This document shows positions 20,207 through 27,581 of a DNA stretch of 64,000 bases, piece by piece (the first letter of the stretch is position 1; each line of letters opens with the position of its first letter). The notes beneath the pieces were generated by a model. The model made no database searches, was not told where the DNA came from, and was given only the letters and a program-made list of their open reading frames with translations. The DNA lies in NCBI GenBank assembly GCA_030683105.1, contig JAUXMZ010000008.1:4268-68267 (forward strand), given 5' to 3'. The translations under genes and the position numbers were made by a program. The DNA is from Burkholderiales bacterium (lineage in GTDB: Bacteria; Pseudomonadota; Gammaproteobacteria; Burkholderiales; SG8-41).

Positions 20207-20758
20207 TCAAGAGGAGTTCGAGCCTTGACCAGTATCCCTCCGGGTTCGCCAGCGCCGCCAGGTATGCCAACGCCAAATCAGGTCGATCAACAGGTAGGTC
20301 AGGAAACCAGCGAAACAAGCCATCACAAACAGACCGACCAGCAACGGCTTCCCCAAGGCAGCGATACGCTGCACTATCGTCTTTTCGGAAACAGCGCTGG
20401 CGGAAGTCGCCGGATCATCCGACGGCAATGAAGTTTCGCCGGTAATCCAGCTTCCCAACTGGAAAGCGGCGTAATAGAGCGGTCCGAAAGTTACCGGATT
20501 CGAAATCAGCGTACTCGCGGCAGCAGCGGGTAGATTCGCCCGCAGGACAATAGCGGCTGCGGCGGTCAGGGGAATTTGTGCCAGCGGAATCAGCAGTCCG
20601 AAAAACACTCCGATTGCAACGCCCAAGGCGACACCGCGCCGAGACCAGCGCCACAGTTTTGGATGTTCCATCCAAACTGACAACCACCGCAGCCACCGGC
20701 TGGTCAAGAGAGCCTCTCGACTCGGGATCAGGCTGCGCAACCGCTCCGGCCAGCTCAC
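20207..20758 (-). CDS. DUF2062-family membrane protein
   Basis: 183 aa. Block RGVALGVAIGVFFGLLIPLAQIPLTAAAAIVLRANLPAA matches my memory of DUF2062. GTG start forms a GTGA overlap with the diguanylate cyclase stop. Confidence 0.65.
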   Translation of the reverse strand: MSWPERLRSLIPSREALLTSRWLRWLSVWMEHPKLWRWSRRGVALGVAIGVFFGLLIPLAQIPLTAAAAIVLRANLPAAAASTLISNPVTFGPLYYAAFQLGSWITGETSLPSDDPATSASAVSEKTIVQRIAALGKPLLVGLFVMACFAGFLTYLLIDLIWRWHTWRRWRTRRDTGQGSNSS

Positions 20759-21627
20759 GATTCCGCCCCCGAAAATGTGCGCTGCTGAACGCGATTACGG
20801 CCGCCGTTCTTCGCTTCGTACATCAGGGCATCGGCTTGCGCCAGAGCGCTGTCGAAATCGTGTGGCGCAAAATCATAGCTGGCAACGCCGATACTGAATG
20901 TCACGGGCCAGCACTGTTCGCGCATCGCGGCAAGCAGCCTTTGCCTGAGCTTTTCGGCGTAGGACATGGCGGATGACGCATTCATGTCCGGCAACAGCAG
21001 GGCGAACTCGTCGCCGCCCAGTCGTCCGGGTACGTCGCTCTCGCGCACGTGCGACCGTATCACCTGGGCGACCGTCACCAGCAATTGGTCGCCGGCGTCA
21101 TGTCCCAGTTCATCGTTGATCTCCTTGAACTTGTCGATGTCAATGAACACCGCTGTAACCGGCACGGCCTGTCGCCGTGCCTGAGAAAAGGCGCGCCTGC
21201 CGCGCTCATGGAATTCTCGGCGGTTGGGCAATTGCGTCAGGGAGTCCTCGCTCGCCAGCTGCGTCACGCGTTGCAATACGCGCCGCATTTCACCCAGCAG
21301 CCAGGCGCCGCCAAGAAAGATCGCCAGCCGCATGCCGCTATTGAACAGCAACGGAAAGGGATCGGCTTGCTCGGCCGCAAGTATGCGGTCAGCAATAAAC
21401 CACACCACGGCGGCCAGCAGCGCGAGACCATAGCCGGCACGCGCGCCGAGAAACCAGGCGACGAGCAGTACAGGCAGAATGAACAGTACATGGAATTCGT
21501 AGGCCAGGCCGGTCAGCGTGTGCAGGTACCCGATGCCCAACGCGAGTGCTGCGGAACCCGCAAGAATGCCCGTGCGCGCCGACACGCCGGGTTGCCATTG
21601 CCATAACATTACTTCTTTAACCTTCAT
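20755..21627 (-). CDS. Membrane-anchored diguanylate cyclase (GGDEF domain)
   Basis: 290 aa. About five N-terminal TM helices, then a GGDEF domain with GRLGGDEFALLL. ATGA overlap with the last MrpD-like gene of locus 3. Confidence 0.9.
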   Translation of the reverse strand: MKVKEVMLWQWQPGVSARTGILAGSAALALGIGYLHTLTGLAYEFHVLFILPVLLVAWFLGARAGYGLALLAAVVWFIADRILAAEQADPFPLLFNSGMRLAIFLGGAWLLGEMRRVLQRVTQLASEDSLTQLPNRREFHERGRRAFSQARRQAVPVTAVFIDIDKFKEINDELGHDAGDQLLVTVAQVIRSHVRESDVPGRLGGDEFALLLPDMNASSAMSYAEKLRQRLLAAMREQCWPVTFSIGVASYDFAPHDFDSALAQADALMYEAKNGGRNRVQQRTFSGAES

Positions 21628-23135
21628 GGCATCGCTCCGACATACTCGCGCCCGGCGATGAGTTGCGCCCAGGCAAGCGGGCTGACTTCGGTGTCGGCGA
21701 AGATGCCGGCCGCCAGTGTCGCCGCAGCGGTCACCAGCGGCGGCAGCAGCAGCAGCCAGGCGGTTTCACGCCAGCCGTGGGCCGGTATGTGCTCGCCGGA
21801 CCAGGCCACCGGCGCTTGGTGAAACCAGGCGCGCCAAAGGATGGGCAGAAAATAGACGGCATTGAGCAGGCTGGAAGTCCACAGCACCCAGATCGCCCAC
21901 TCCATGCCGGCAGTCTGCGCGCCGTCGGAAAGCCAGGCCTTGCTGACGGCGCCGGCGGTGAGCGGCACCCCCATCATGCTCAGCGCGGCGATCGAGAAGG
22001 CCACGGTGGTGAGCGGCATGCGTCGCCCCGCGCCATCCATTTCGCTCACCTTGTGGATGCCCAGGGTCTCGGCGTAGTTCCCAGCGCAAAAGAACAGCGT
22101 GATCTTCATGATGCCCTGATGCACCAGGTGCACCAACCCTCCAACAGTGCCGATGGGGCCGAACAGGGCCACACCGAGCACGATGTAGGACACCTGGCTG
22201 ACAGTGGAATAGGCGAGTCGCCTCTTGAGGTCATCCTGGAACAGCGCGCGCAGGCTGCCCCAGATAATGGTGACGGCGGCGACCACGGCGAGCGGCGCCA
22301 GCAGTTCGAGCGACTGGGCGAACTCGACGCCATAGACCTCGTAGACGATGCGGGCGATGCCGAAGGCGCCGGCCTTGACCACGGCGACCGCGTGCAACAG
22401 GGCGGACACCGGCGCCGGCGCCACCATGGCCTGGGGCAGCCAGCCGTGCAGCGGCACCAGCGCCGCCTTGACGCCGACGCCGGCGATCAGCAGCAAAAAG
22501 ATTAACTGGAGCTGTCCCGCATGCGCCTGGCCGAGGGACGCGACAAAGCCGCCGTGGGCGAAATCCGCCTGACCGGCCAGGCTGTGCAGCCAGACGATGC
22601 CGGTCAGCAGCAAGGCCCCGCCGCCTAGCGTGTAGGCCAGGTAGATCGTGCCGCCCTTCATCGCCTGATTGGTGCCGCGATGCACCACCAGCGGGAAGGT
22701 GGACAGCGTCAGCAACTCATAGAACACGAAGAAGGTGAACAGGTTGCCGGCCATGGCAATGCCCATGGTCGCGGTGACGCACAGGCTGAAAAAGCCGAAG
22801 AAACGGCTGCGGCGCGGCGCGCCTTCCAGGTAGCCGATCGCATAGAGCGTCGTCAACAGCCAGAGGATGGCCGACAGGGTGATGAACAGCAGCCCCAGCG
22901 CATCTGCTTTGAAGACGAGATCGAGGCCGGGCAGGACCGCATAGCGGACGCCGTAGTCCTCGCCGGCATGCACGCCGGCGAGCAGGATGCCGACGAGCAC
23001 GAGCTTCGCCACGGCGCCGAGCAGGTTGAGCGTCGTGCGCGTACCGATCCAGGTCTCCGGCAGGATGAAGATGACCAGGCCGGGCAGGAGCGACGAGGCC
23101 AGCACCGCAAGCGGCAGGGCTTCGTTGATCGTCAC
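21624..23135 (-). CDS. MrpD-like antiporter subunit (locus 3, second copy)
   Basis: Motif HGWLPQAMVAPAPVSALLHAVAVVKAG. Start reassigned to GTG at 23135 (VTINEALPLAVL; GTGA overlap). The 724-aa ORF-track extension overlaps the upstream gene. Confidence 0.85.
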   Translation of the reverse strand: MTINEALPLAVLASSLLPGLVIFILPETWIGTRTTLNLLGAVAKLVLVGILLAGVHAGEDYGVRYAVLPGLDLVFKADALGLLFITLSAILWLLTTLYAIGYLEGAPRRSRFFGFFSLCVTATMGIAMAGNLFTFFVFYELLTLSTFPLVVHRGTNQAMKGGTIYLAYTLGGGALLLTGIVWLHSLAGQADFAHGGFVASLGQAHAGQLQLIFLLLIAGVGVKAALVPLHGWLPQAMVAPAPVSALLHAVAVVKAGAFGIARIVYEVYGVEFAQSLELLAPLAVVAAVTIIWGSLRALFQDDLKRRLAYSTVSQVSYIVLGVALFGPIGTVGGLVHLVHQGIMKITLFFCAGNYAETLGIHKVSEMDGAGRRMPLTTVAFSIAALSMMGVPLTAGAVSKAWLSDGAQTAGMEWAIWVLWTSSLLNAVYFLPILWRAWFHQAPVAWSGEHIPAHGWRETAWLLLLPPLVTAAATLAAGIFADTEVSPLAWAQLIAGREYVGAMP

Positions 23136-24568
23136 GAGGCGCCTCCCATGGCCGGCACGCCCAGCAGTTGCATCAACTCGACACCGCGCAGACCGAGCAG
23201 CACGCTGGCGGCGGCAAGCAGCAAGGCCATCCATTCCAGCATGCGCGGTACCGGCCGTACATCGCCTACCGGCGCAAGCAGGAAGGCCTGGCGCAGCACG
23301 CGGAACACATACACGGCCGCCAGCAGGCCGCCCGCAAGCGCCGCGACCGCGATGATCCAGTGTCCCTGCGCCAGCGCCGCCTCGATCAACTGCCACTTGG
23401 CCAGAAAGCCTGCCGAGGGCGGCAGCCCCATGAGCGTGATGCCGGCCAGACCAAAGGCGAACAGCGTCAGAGGCAGCTGCTGCGCCGCACCGGCGAGGCC
23501 TTCGACCGTATCCTGGCCGGTGGCCTCGATGAGCACGCCCGCCGCGGCGAACATCGCGGCCTTGGCCAGTCCATGCGCGTACGCCTGCATGATGCCGGCC
23601 TGCAAGGCCCCCTCGGTAGGCAACAGCGGAAAGATCAGGAACAGGTAGCCCAGTTGCGCTACGGTCGAGTACGCCACCAGCATCTTGATACGCCGGGCGC
23701 AGATCGCCTGGTACGAACCCCAGAATATCGCCGCCGCGCCCAGCAGCGCCGGCAGCCAGGCGATGATCCCGGCAAGCGGGGCAAAGGGCCCAAGCCACAG
23801 ACGCAGGATCAGGTAGAACGACGCCTTGACCACGAGGGCGGAAAGCAGCGCCGAAACCGGCGCCGGCGCCCCGCCGTGGGCGGGCGGCAGCCAGAAGTGG
23901 AAGGGAAACAGCGCGGTCTTGAGCATCAGGCCCGCCAGCATCAAACCGCCGGCCAGCCTGACGACGTCCGGTGCTTCGGCTGTCACCAGAGGCAGCAATG
24001 TCGGGATGGACACCGTGCCGTAGGCGCCGTAGATCAGCGCCACGCCCAGCAGATAGGCGCCGGAGCCCAGCAGCGTGGCAAACAGGTAACGCAACGCGGC
24101 GGTAATCTGCTTTGCTCCGCCGCCGGCGGCGACCAGGCCCACGGCTGCGAGCCCGACCAGTTCGAGCGTGACGTAGAGGTTGAAGAGGTCGGCCGAGAGA
24201 AACAGGGCATTGAGGCCGGCAATCAGGAAGCCGGCCAGTGGCCAGAAATAGCGGGCTTCCGCCGCATATGACGCAAAATAGGTCCGCGCGTAGATCGCCA
24301 GCGGCAAGACGACGACTTGCGTCAGCAGCAACATCGCGACGGAAAGACCATCGGCTGCGAGGTCGATCCCCAGCGGCGCCCCCCAGCCGCCGATGGCATG
24401 CGCACCGGCGCCGGAATCGTTCAAACCGGCGGCCAGTTGCAAGGCAAGCAGAAGTTGCACGGCGAGGCCTGCAATTGCCGGTCGTGCGCCGCGCCCAGGA
24501 CCGAGCAGGAAAGCGAAGCAGGCCCAGGCGAGCGGCAGCACGATCAGCCAGACCATGGGATCAATCAT
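23132..24568 (-). CDS. MrpD-like antiporter subunit (locus 3, first copy)
   Basis: 478 aa. Motif HFWLPPAHGGAPAPVSALLSALVVKAS. Confidence 0.9.
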   Translation of the reverse strand: MIDPMVWLIVLPLAWACFAFLLGPGRGARPAIAGLAVQLLLALQLAAGLNDSGAGAHAIGGWGAPLGIDLAADGLSVAMLLLTQVVVLPLAIYARTYFASYAAEARYFWPLAGFLIAGLNALFLSADLFNLYVTLELVGLAAVGLVAAGGGAKQITAALRYLFATLLGSGAYLLGVALIYGAYGTVSIPTLLPLVTAEAPDVVRLAGGLMLAGLMLKTALFPFHFWLPPAHGGAPAPVSALLSALVVKASFYLILRLWLGPFAPLAGIIAWLPALLGAAAIFWGSYQAICARRIKMLVAYSTVAQLGYLFLIFPLLPTEGALQAGIMQAYAHGLAKAAMFAAAGVLIEATGQDTVEGLAGAAQQLPLTLFAFGLAGITLMGLPPSAGFLAKWQLIEAALAQGHWIIAVAALAGGLLAAVYVFRVLRQAFLLAPVGDVRPVPRMLEWMALLLAAASVLLGLRGVELMQLLGVPAMGGAS

Positions 24569-24863
24569 CGTCCGCCACGGGCAACTCCATTTTCCCCGTC
24601 AGCCCATGAAAACGGCGTACCAGGCCCAGCGCGAGCGCGGTGGCCGCGACGGCGACGACGATGCCGGTCAGCACCATCGCCTGCGGCACCGGATCGGCTG
24701 CGTCGCTGCGCTGGGCCAGGCCGACGAGGACAAGAAACGCCCCGCTTCCCATCAGGTTGAAGGCGAGTATGCGGCGCAGCAGGTGGTCGATAAGCAGCAC
24801 GCCGGCGACGCCCATGGCGAACAGGGCGGCGCCGGCAAACGCGAAGATCAGACCGCTGGTCAT
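24561..24863 (-). CDS. MrpC/MnhC (NuoK-like) subunit, locus 3
   Basis: 100 aa, three TM, in the position between the B and D subunits. Confidence 0.8.
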   Translation of the reverse strand: MTSGLIFAFAGAALFAMGVAGVLLIDHLLRRILAFNLMGSGAFLVLVGLAQRSDAADPVPQAMVLTGIVVAVAATALALGLVRRFHGLTGKMELPVADDD

Positions 24864-25516
24864 GATTCGCCTCCGTCGTCATCCGACAGGAACAGGAACA
24901 AACCGGCAAGAATGAGCCCCAGCGAGATGGTGAGCCCGGACTCGATCAGGAGGATCAGCGCGCCGGCATGGGCCGGCGGATAGCGCAGCAAACCGCCTTC
25001 GATCAGCAACACCGCCGCGACGGCGAGGAAGACCAGAAATCCGCCTGACAAACCCCAGCGCAGGCGGACCCTGGGCTGCCTCCACCCGGGCATCAATCCG
25101 GTCAGGTGCAGCAACACCGCCGATGCGGCCAGTACGGCGCCCGCCTGAAAGGCCCCGCCGGGCCGGAATGCGCCGGCCCAGAGCAGGTAGATTGCAACGA
25201 TCGCCATCAGCGGTGCGGCGATCCGCGCCAGCATTTGCAGCAAGGGATCCATCGGTCCGACGGCGCCGCTTTCCCGTTGATTGCCGACAGCCAGAATACC
25301 CAGCAGGGCGAGCAGCAGTACGGCGATTTCGAGCAGGGTGTCGTAGGCGCGGAAATTCAGCAGCACCGCCGTGACGGGGTGTTCAACGCCGCTGGCCGCG
25401 AGATTTGCCGCCACCGACGGGCGCAGGTCGATCGCGGCGGGCCCCAGATCGCCCATGGCTGCGAGCAGCGCGACGATGAAAGCCAGGGCGGCGCCCACGA
25501 CGGCGATGCGCTTCAT
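24860..25516 (-). CDS. MrpB/MnhB subunit (full length), locus 3
   Basis: Start reassigned to MKRIAVVGAALAF at 25516. Contains VTAVLLNFRAYDTLLEIAVLL and RPGGAFQAGAVLA. Confidence 0.8.
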   Translation of the reverse strand: MKRIAVVGAALAFIVALLAAMGDLGPAAIDLRPSVAANLAASGVEHPVTAVLLNFRAYDTLLEIAVLLLALLGILAVGNQRESGAVGPMDPLLQMLARIAAPLMAIVAIYLLWAGAFRPGGAFQAGAVLAASAVLLHLTGLMPGWRQPRVRLRWGLSGGFLVFLAVAAVLLIEGGLLRYPPAHAGALILLIESGLTISLGLILAGLFLFLSDDDGGES

Positions 25517-25779
25517 TTCTTCGCCTCCGTTCCCGCACCGCGTCGTCGCAGCGCGCCGTAGGCATCGAGCAGCAGGGCGCCGGTCAACCCGGCGCCGATG
25601 GCGGCCTCGGCCAGGCCGAGGTCCGGCGCCGAGAGCCGCGCCCACGCCAGGGCCATCAGCAGGCCGAAAGCGATGAACAGCACAATGGCCCGGTCGAGCC
25701 GGGGTGTCGTGAGCGCGCCCCAGCAACTCCACAGCAGGCTTGCGGCGAGCAACAGGTCGAAAGCGAGGCCTACATTCAT
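25513..25779 (-). CDS. DUF4040 (MbhD-like) subunit, locus 3
   Basis: 88 aa containing DLGLAEAAIGAGLTGALLL. 4-nt overlaps on both sides. Confidence 0.7.
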   Translation of the reverse strand: MNVGLAFDLLLAASLLWSCWGALTTPRLDRAIVLFIAFGLLMALAWARLSAPDLGLAEAAIGAGLTGALLLDAYGALRRRGAGTEAKK

Positions 25780-26078
25780 GTATCTTCCCGCCGCCAGGGT
25801 CGGATGCCCAGCGCGTCCGCGCGGCGGGCGATGGCATAGCTGATGCCGGCGCTGGCCGCCAGCGCCAGCGGCCAGATCAACAACAGTTTCAAGGCTACGG
25901 CCAAACTTTCCGCCTGCAGGGCCAATCCCAGCACTATGCAGCCGAGCCCCAGGTTGTCGGCTTTTGCCAGGGCATGCAGCCGGCTGTAGACATCAGGAAA
26001 GCGCAGCAGCCCGACGGTGCCGGAAAAATAGAAAAAAGCGCCCATGCAAAGCAGCACGATGCTGGCGATCTCAATCAT
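25776..26078 (-). CDS. MrpG/MnhG subunit, locus 3
   Basis: Start reassigned to MIEIASIVLLCMG at 26078. Contains GTVGLLRFPDVYSRLHALAKADNLG. Confidence 0.8.
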   Translation of the reverse strand: MIEIASIVLLCMGAFFYFSGTVGLLRFPDVYSRLHALAKADNLGLGCIVLGLALQAESLAVALKLLLIWPLALAASAGISYAIARRADALGIRPWRREDT

Positions 26079-26346
26079 GTGGCTTCTTCTCCCCGGCATG
26101 CCAGGCACGCCCGGCAAAGGCGACGCCGGTGATTGCGGCGAGCAACGCGAGAACCAGCGCGACATCGACGAGTTCATGTCCGGCGCCGGCATGGGCCAGC
26201 AGCACGAGGATGCCCACGCCCGTGCTGCCGAACAGCAGCGCCACCAGCATGCGGTCGGCGGCGGTTGGCCCGCGCGCGGCGGCCAGCAGCGCGACGATCA
26301 GATTGACCAGCAGAAACAGGGCGAGCGGAAATTCGATACCGGTCAT
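26071..26346 (-). CDS. MrpF/MnhF subunit, locus 3
   Basis: 91 aa, three TM, containing AARGPTAADRMLVALLFG. Confidence 0.8.
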   Translation of the reverse strand: MTGIEFPLALFLLVNLIVALLAAARGPTAADRMLVALLFGSTGVGILVLLAHAGAGHELVDVALVLALLAAITGVAFAGRAWHAGEKKPHD

Positions 26347-26813
26347 GGCTGCTCTCTGAATATCACCTCAATCCGGGCTTCCAGCGCCCGAACCGCCACC
26401 GCAATGGGCATGCGCGCATCGAGGACGTGCAGGCGCAGCCGATCCCCTTCGAGCCGCACGCCGAGAGAGCCGGGCATCAGCCCGAGCGCGTTGACCATGA
26501 GGATGCGCGCTGCGCCGGACCGGAGGGACAACTGCATCTCCAGCATATCCGGCTGCAGCGCCTGGCGTCCGCGCAATGCGATCAGCGCCACTTGCGCCCC
26601 GCCGCGCACCGAATTCCAGATGAAATACCCCATAAAAGCGAACAGGCCGGCTACGCTGATCCGCCCCGATGCCGGCAGCAACAGGCGGACGCTTGCCCAT
26701 AGCGCAACGGCGACCGCGATCGCGCCGAGCCCCCAACTTCCCGCGCGACCCTCGGACAAGATCCACCACAGCAGCGCGAACAGGATGCCGCGCCTCAGAA
26801 GCGCAGCGGTCAT
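26343..26813 (-). CDS. MrpE/MnhE subunit, locus 3
   Basis: 156 aa. N-terminal TM pair then a soluble domain. First gene of the locus. Confidence 0.75.
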   Translation of the reverse strand: MTAALLRRGILFALLWWILSEGRAGSWGLGAIAVAVALWASVRLLLPASGRISVAGLFAFMGYFIWNSVRGGAQVALIALRGRQALQPDMLEMQLSLRSGAARILMVNALGLMPGSLGVRLEGDRLRLHVLDARMPIAVAVRALEARIEVIFREQP

Positions 26814-26856
26814 TGCCCTGTCCCGCTGGCGCCGATGGCGAAAATAATGCCGATGC

Positions 26857-27389
26857 TCAATGTAAGCCGCCTGCCGCTAACTCTGCTCTTTCATACCGTC
26901 CGGCCCGTGACTGAACCGGATGCGTTCGGGCGCGCTGGTTCCCCCCTGTCATGACGAAACTCATCGCTTCCTCTATGGTCCAGTCGGTTTGCACGACATC
27001 GGAAAGCGGCACGATCTCGATGTAGCCCGAAGTCGGATTCGGCGAGGTCGGCACATAGACGACGGCGAGTTCCCGCCCGGTCGTCTCGTCATGCATGATC
27101 TTGGTGACAAAGCCGACCGCCTTCATTTCCGGCGTCGGAAAACTGTCTGGAAAGCCGAATCCAACAGCCAGGACGACAGGGTTTCGGAGACCGGCGCGAC
27201 CAGACGGGCGGCGGCGCGCAACAACGTCGTGCCGGCGCCGGCGAGAATGCCAAGCAGAAAATCAAATACCAGCCAGGTCACCCACAGGGGGGCGACCGTG
27301 AAGAACCCAATCAGAATGTGGCGCGCGAAATGGCGCTTGCCCGGTGCATTGCCCGGCGGAGTATCTTTTTTTCCCCTTCCAGTGTTCAT
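26857..27389 (-). pseudogene. DUF502-family membrane protein, split into two ORFs (27123-27389 and 26857-27126) and lacking the central region
   Basis: The N-terminal ORF has the DUF502 TM1 block (ILIGFFTVAPLWVTWLVFDFLL). The C-terminal ORF has GFVT...VYVPTSPNPTSGYIEIVP. The two are in different frames with an ATGA junction. The usual middle segment of about 40-80 aa is missing. Confidence 0.5.
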
Positions 27390-27505
27390 CGTTGCCTTTC
27401 TTGATTGGTTGGATCACTACGTTTACATTCGGCCGATTCCCGCCCATAGTTATCATCATCGGCATACACGTGATCCTGCGGGTTCACATTATTATTGACC
27501 CCCAT
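27386..27505 (-). other. 39-codon ORF whose 5' leader and first ~16 codons duplicate the TerD gene start
   Basis: Manual translation: MGVNNNVNPQDHVYADDDNYGRESAECKRSDPTNQERQR. By eye, roughly 80% nt identity over about 70 nt with 19990-20062 (GGAGGA...ATGGG.ATCAAT...AACCCGC.GGATCACGTGTA.GCCGAT). Its TGA overlaps the DUF502 ATG. Confidence 0.4.
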
Positions 27506-27581
27506 CGCTCTTCCTCCACTTCACTCCGTCCTTCAGTGCTTTTCATTTCAGGAGTTTGTCGGGGCTAAGTCCAGCAAACTC

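Noticed and set aside
21624-23798. The 724-aa version of the locus 3 D-like ORF, and similar long N-terminal extensions of ORFs 24860-25837, 25776-26192, 9918-10487, 5307-6854, 15439-16107, 32139-32789 and 56529-57287.
   Set aside because: The extensions overlap the preceding gene and are Arg/Ala/Gly-rich. Internal starts give canonical ATGA/GTGA/TGATG junctions and N-termini typical of the families.
3384-26813. The non-canonical Mrp-like loci considered as membrane arms of an Mbh/Mbx-type hydrogenase, a formate hydrogenlyase, or a DAB CO2-uptake system.
   Set aside because: No NuoB/C/D/I-like, [NiFe] large/small subunit, or DabA-like gene occurs anywhere in the window. The loci are bounded by unrelated genes.
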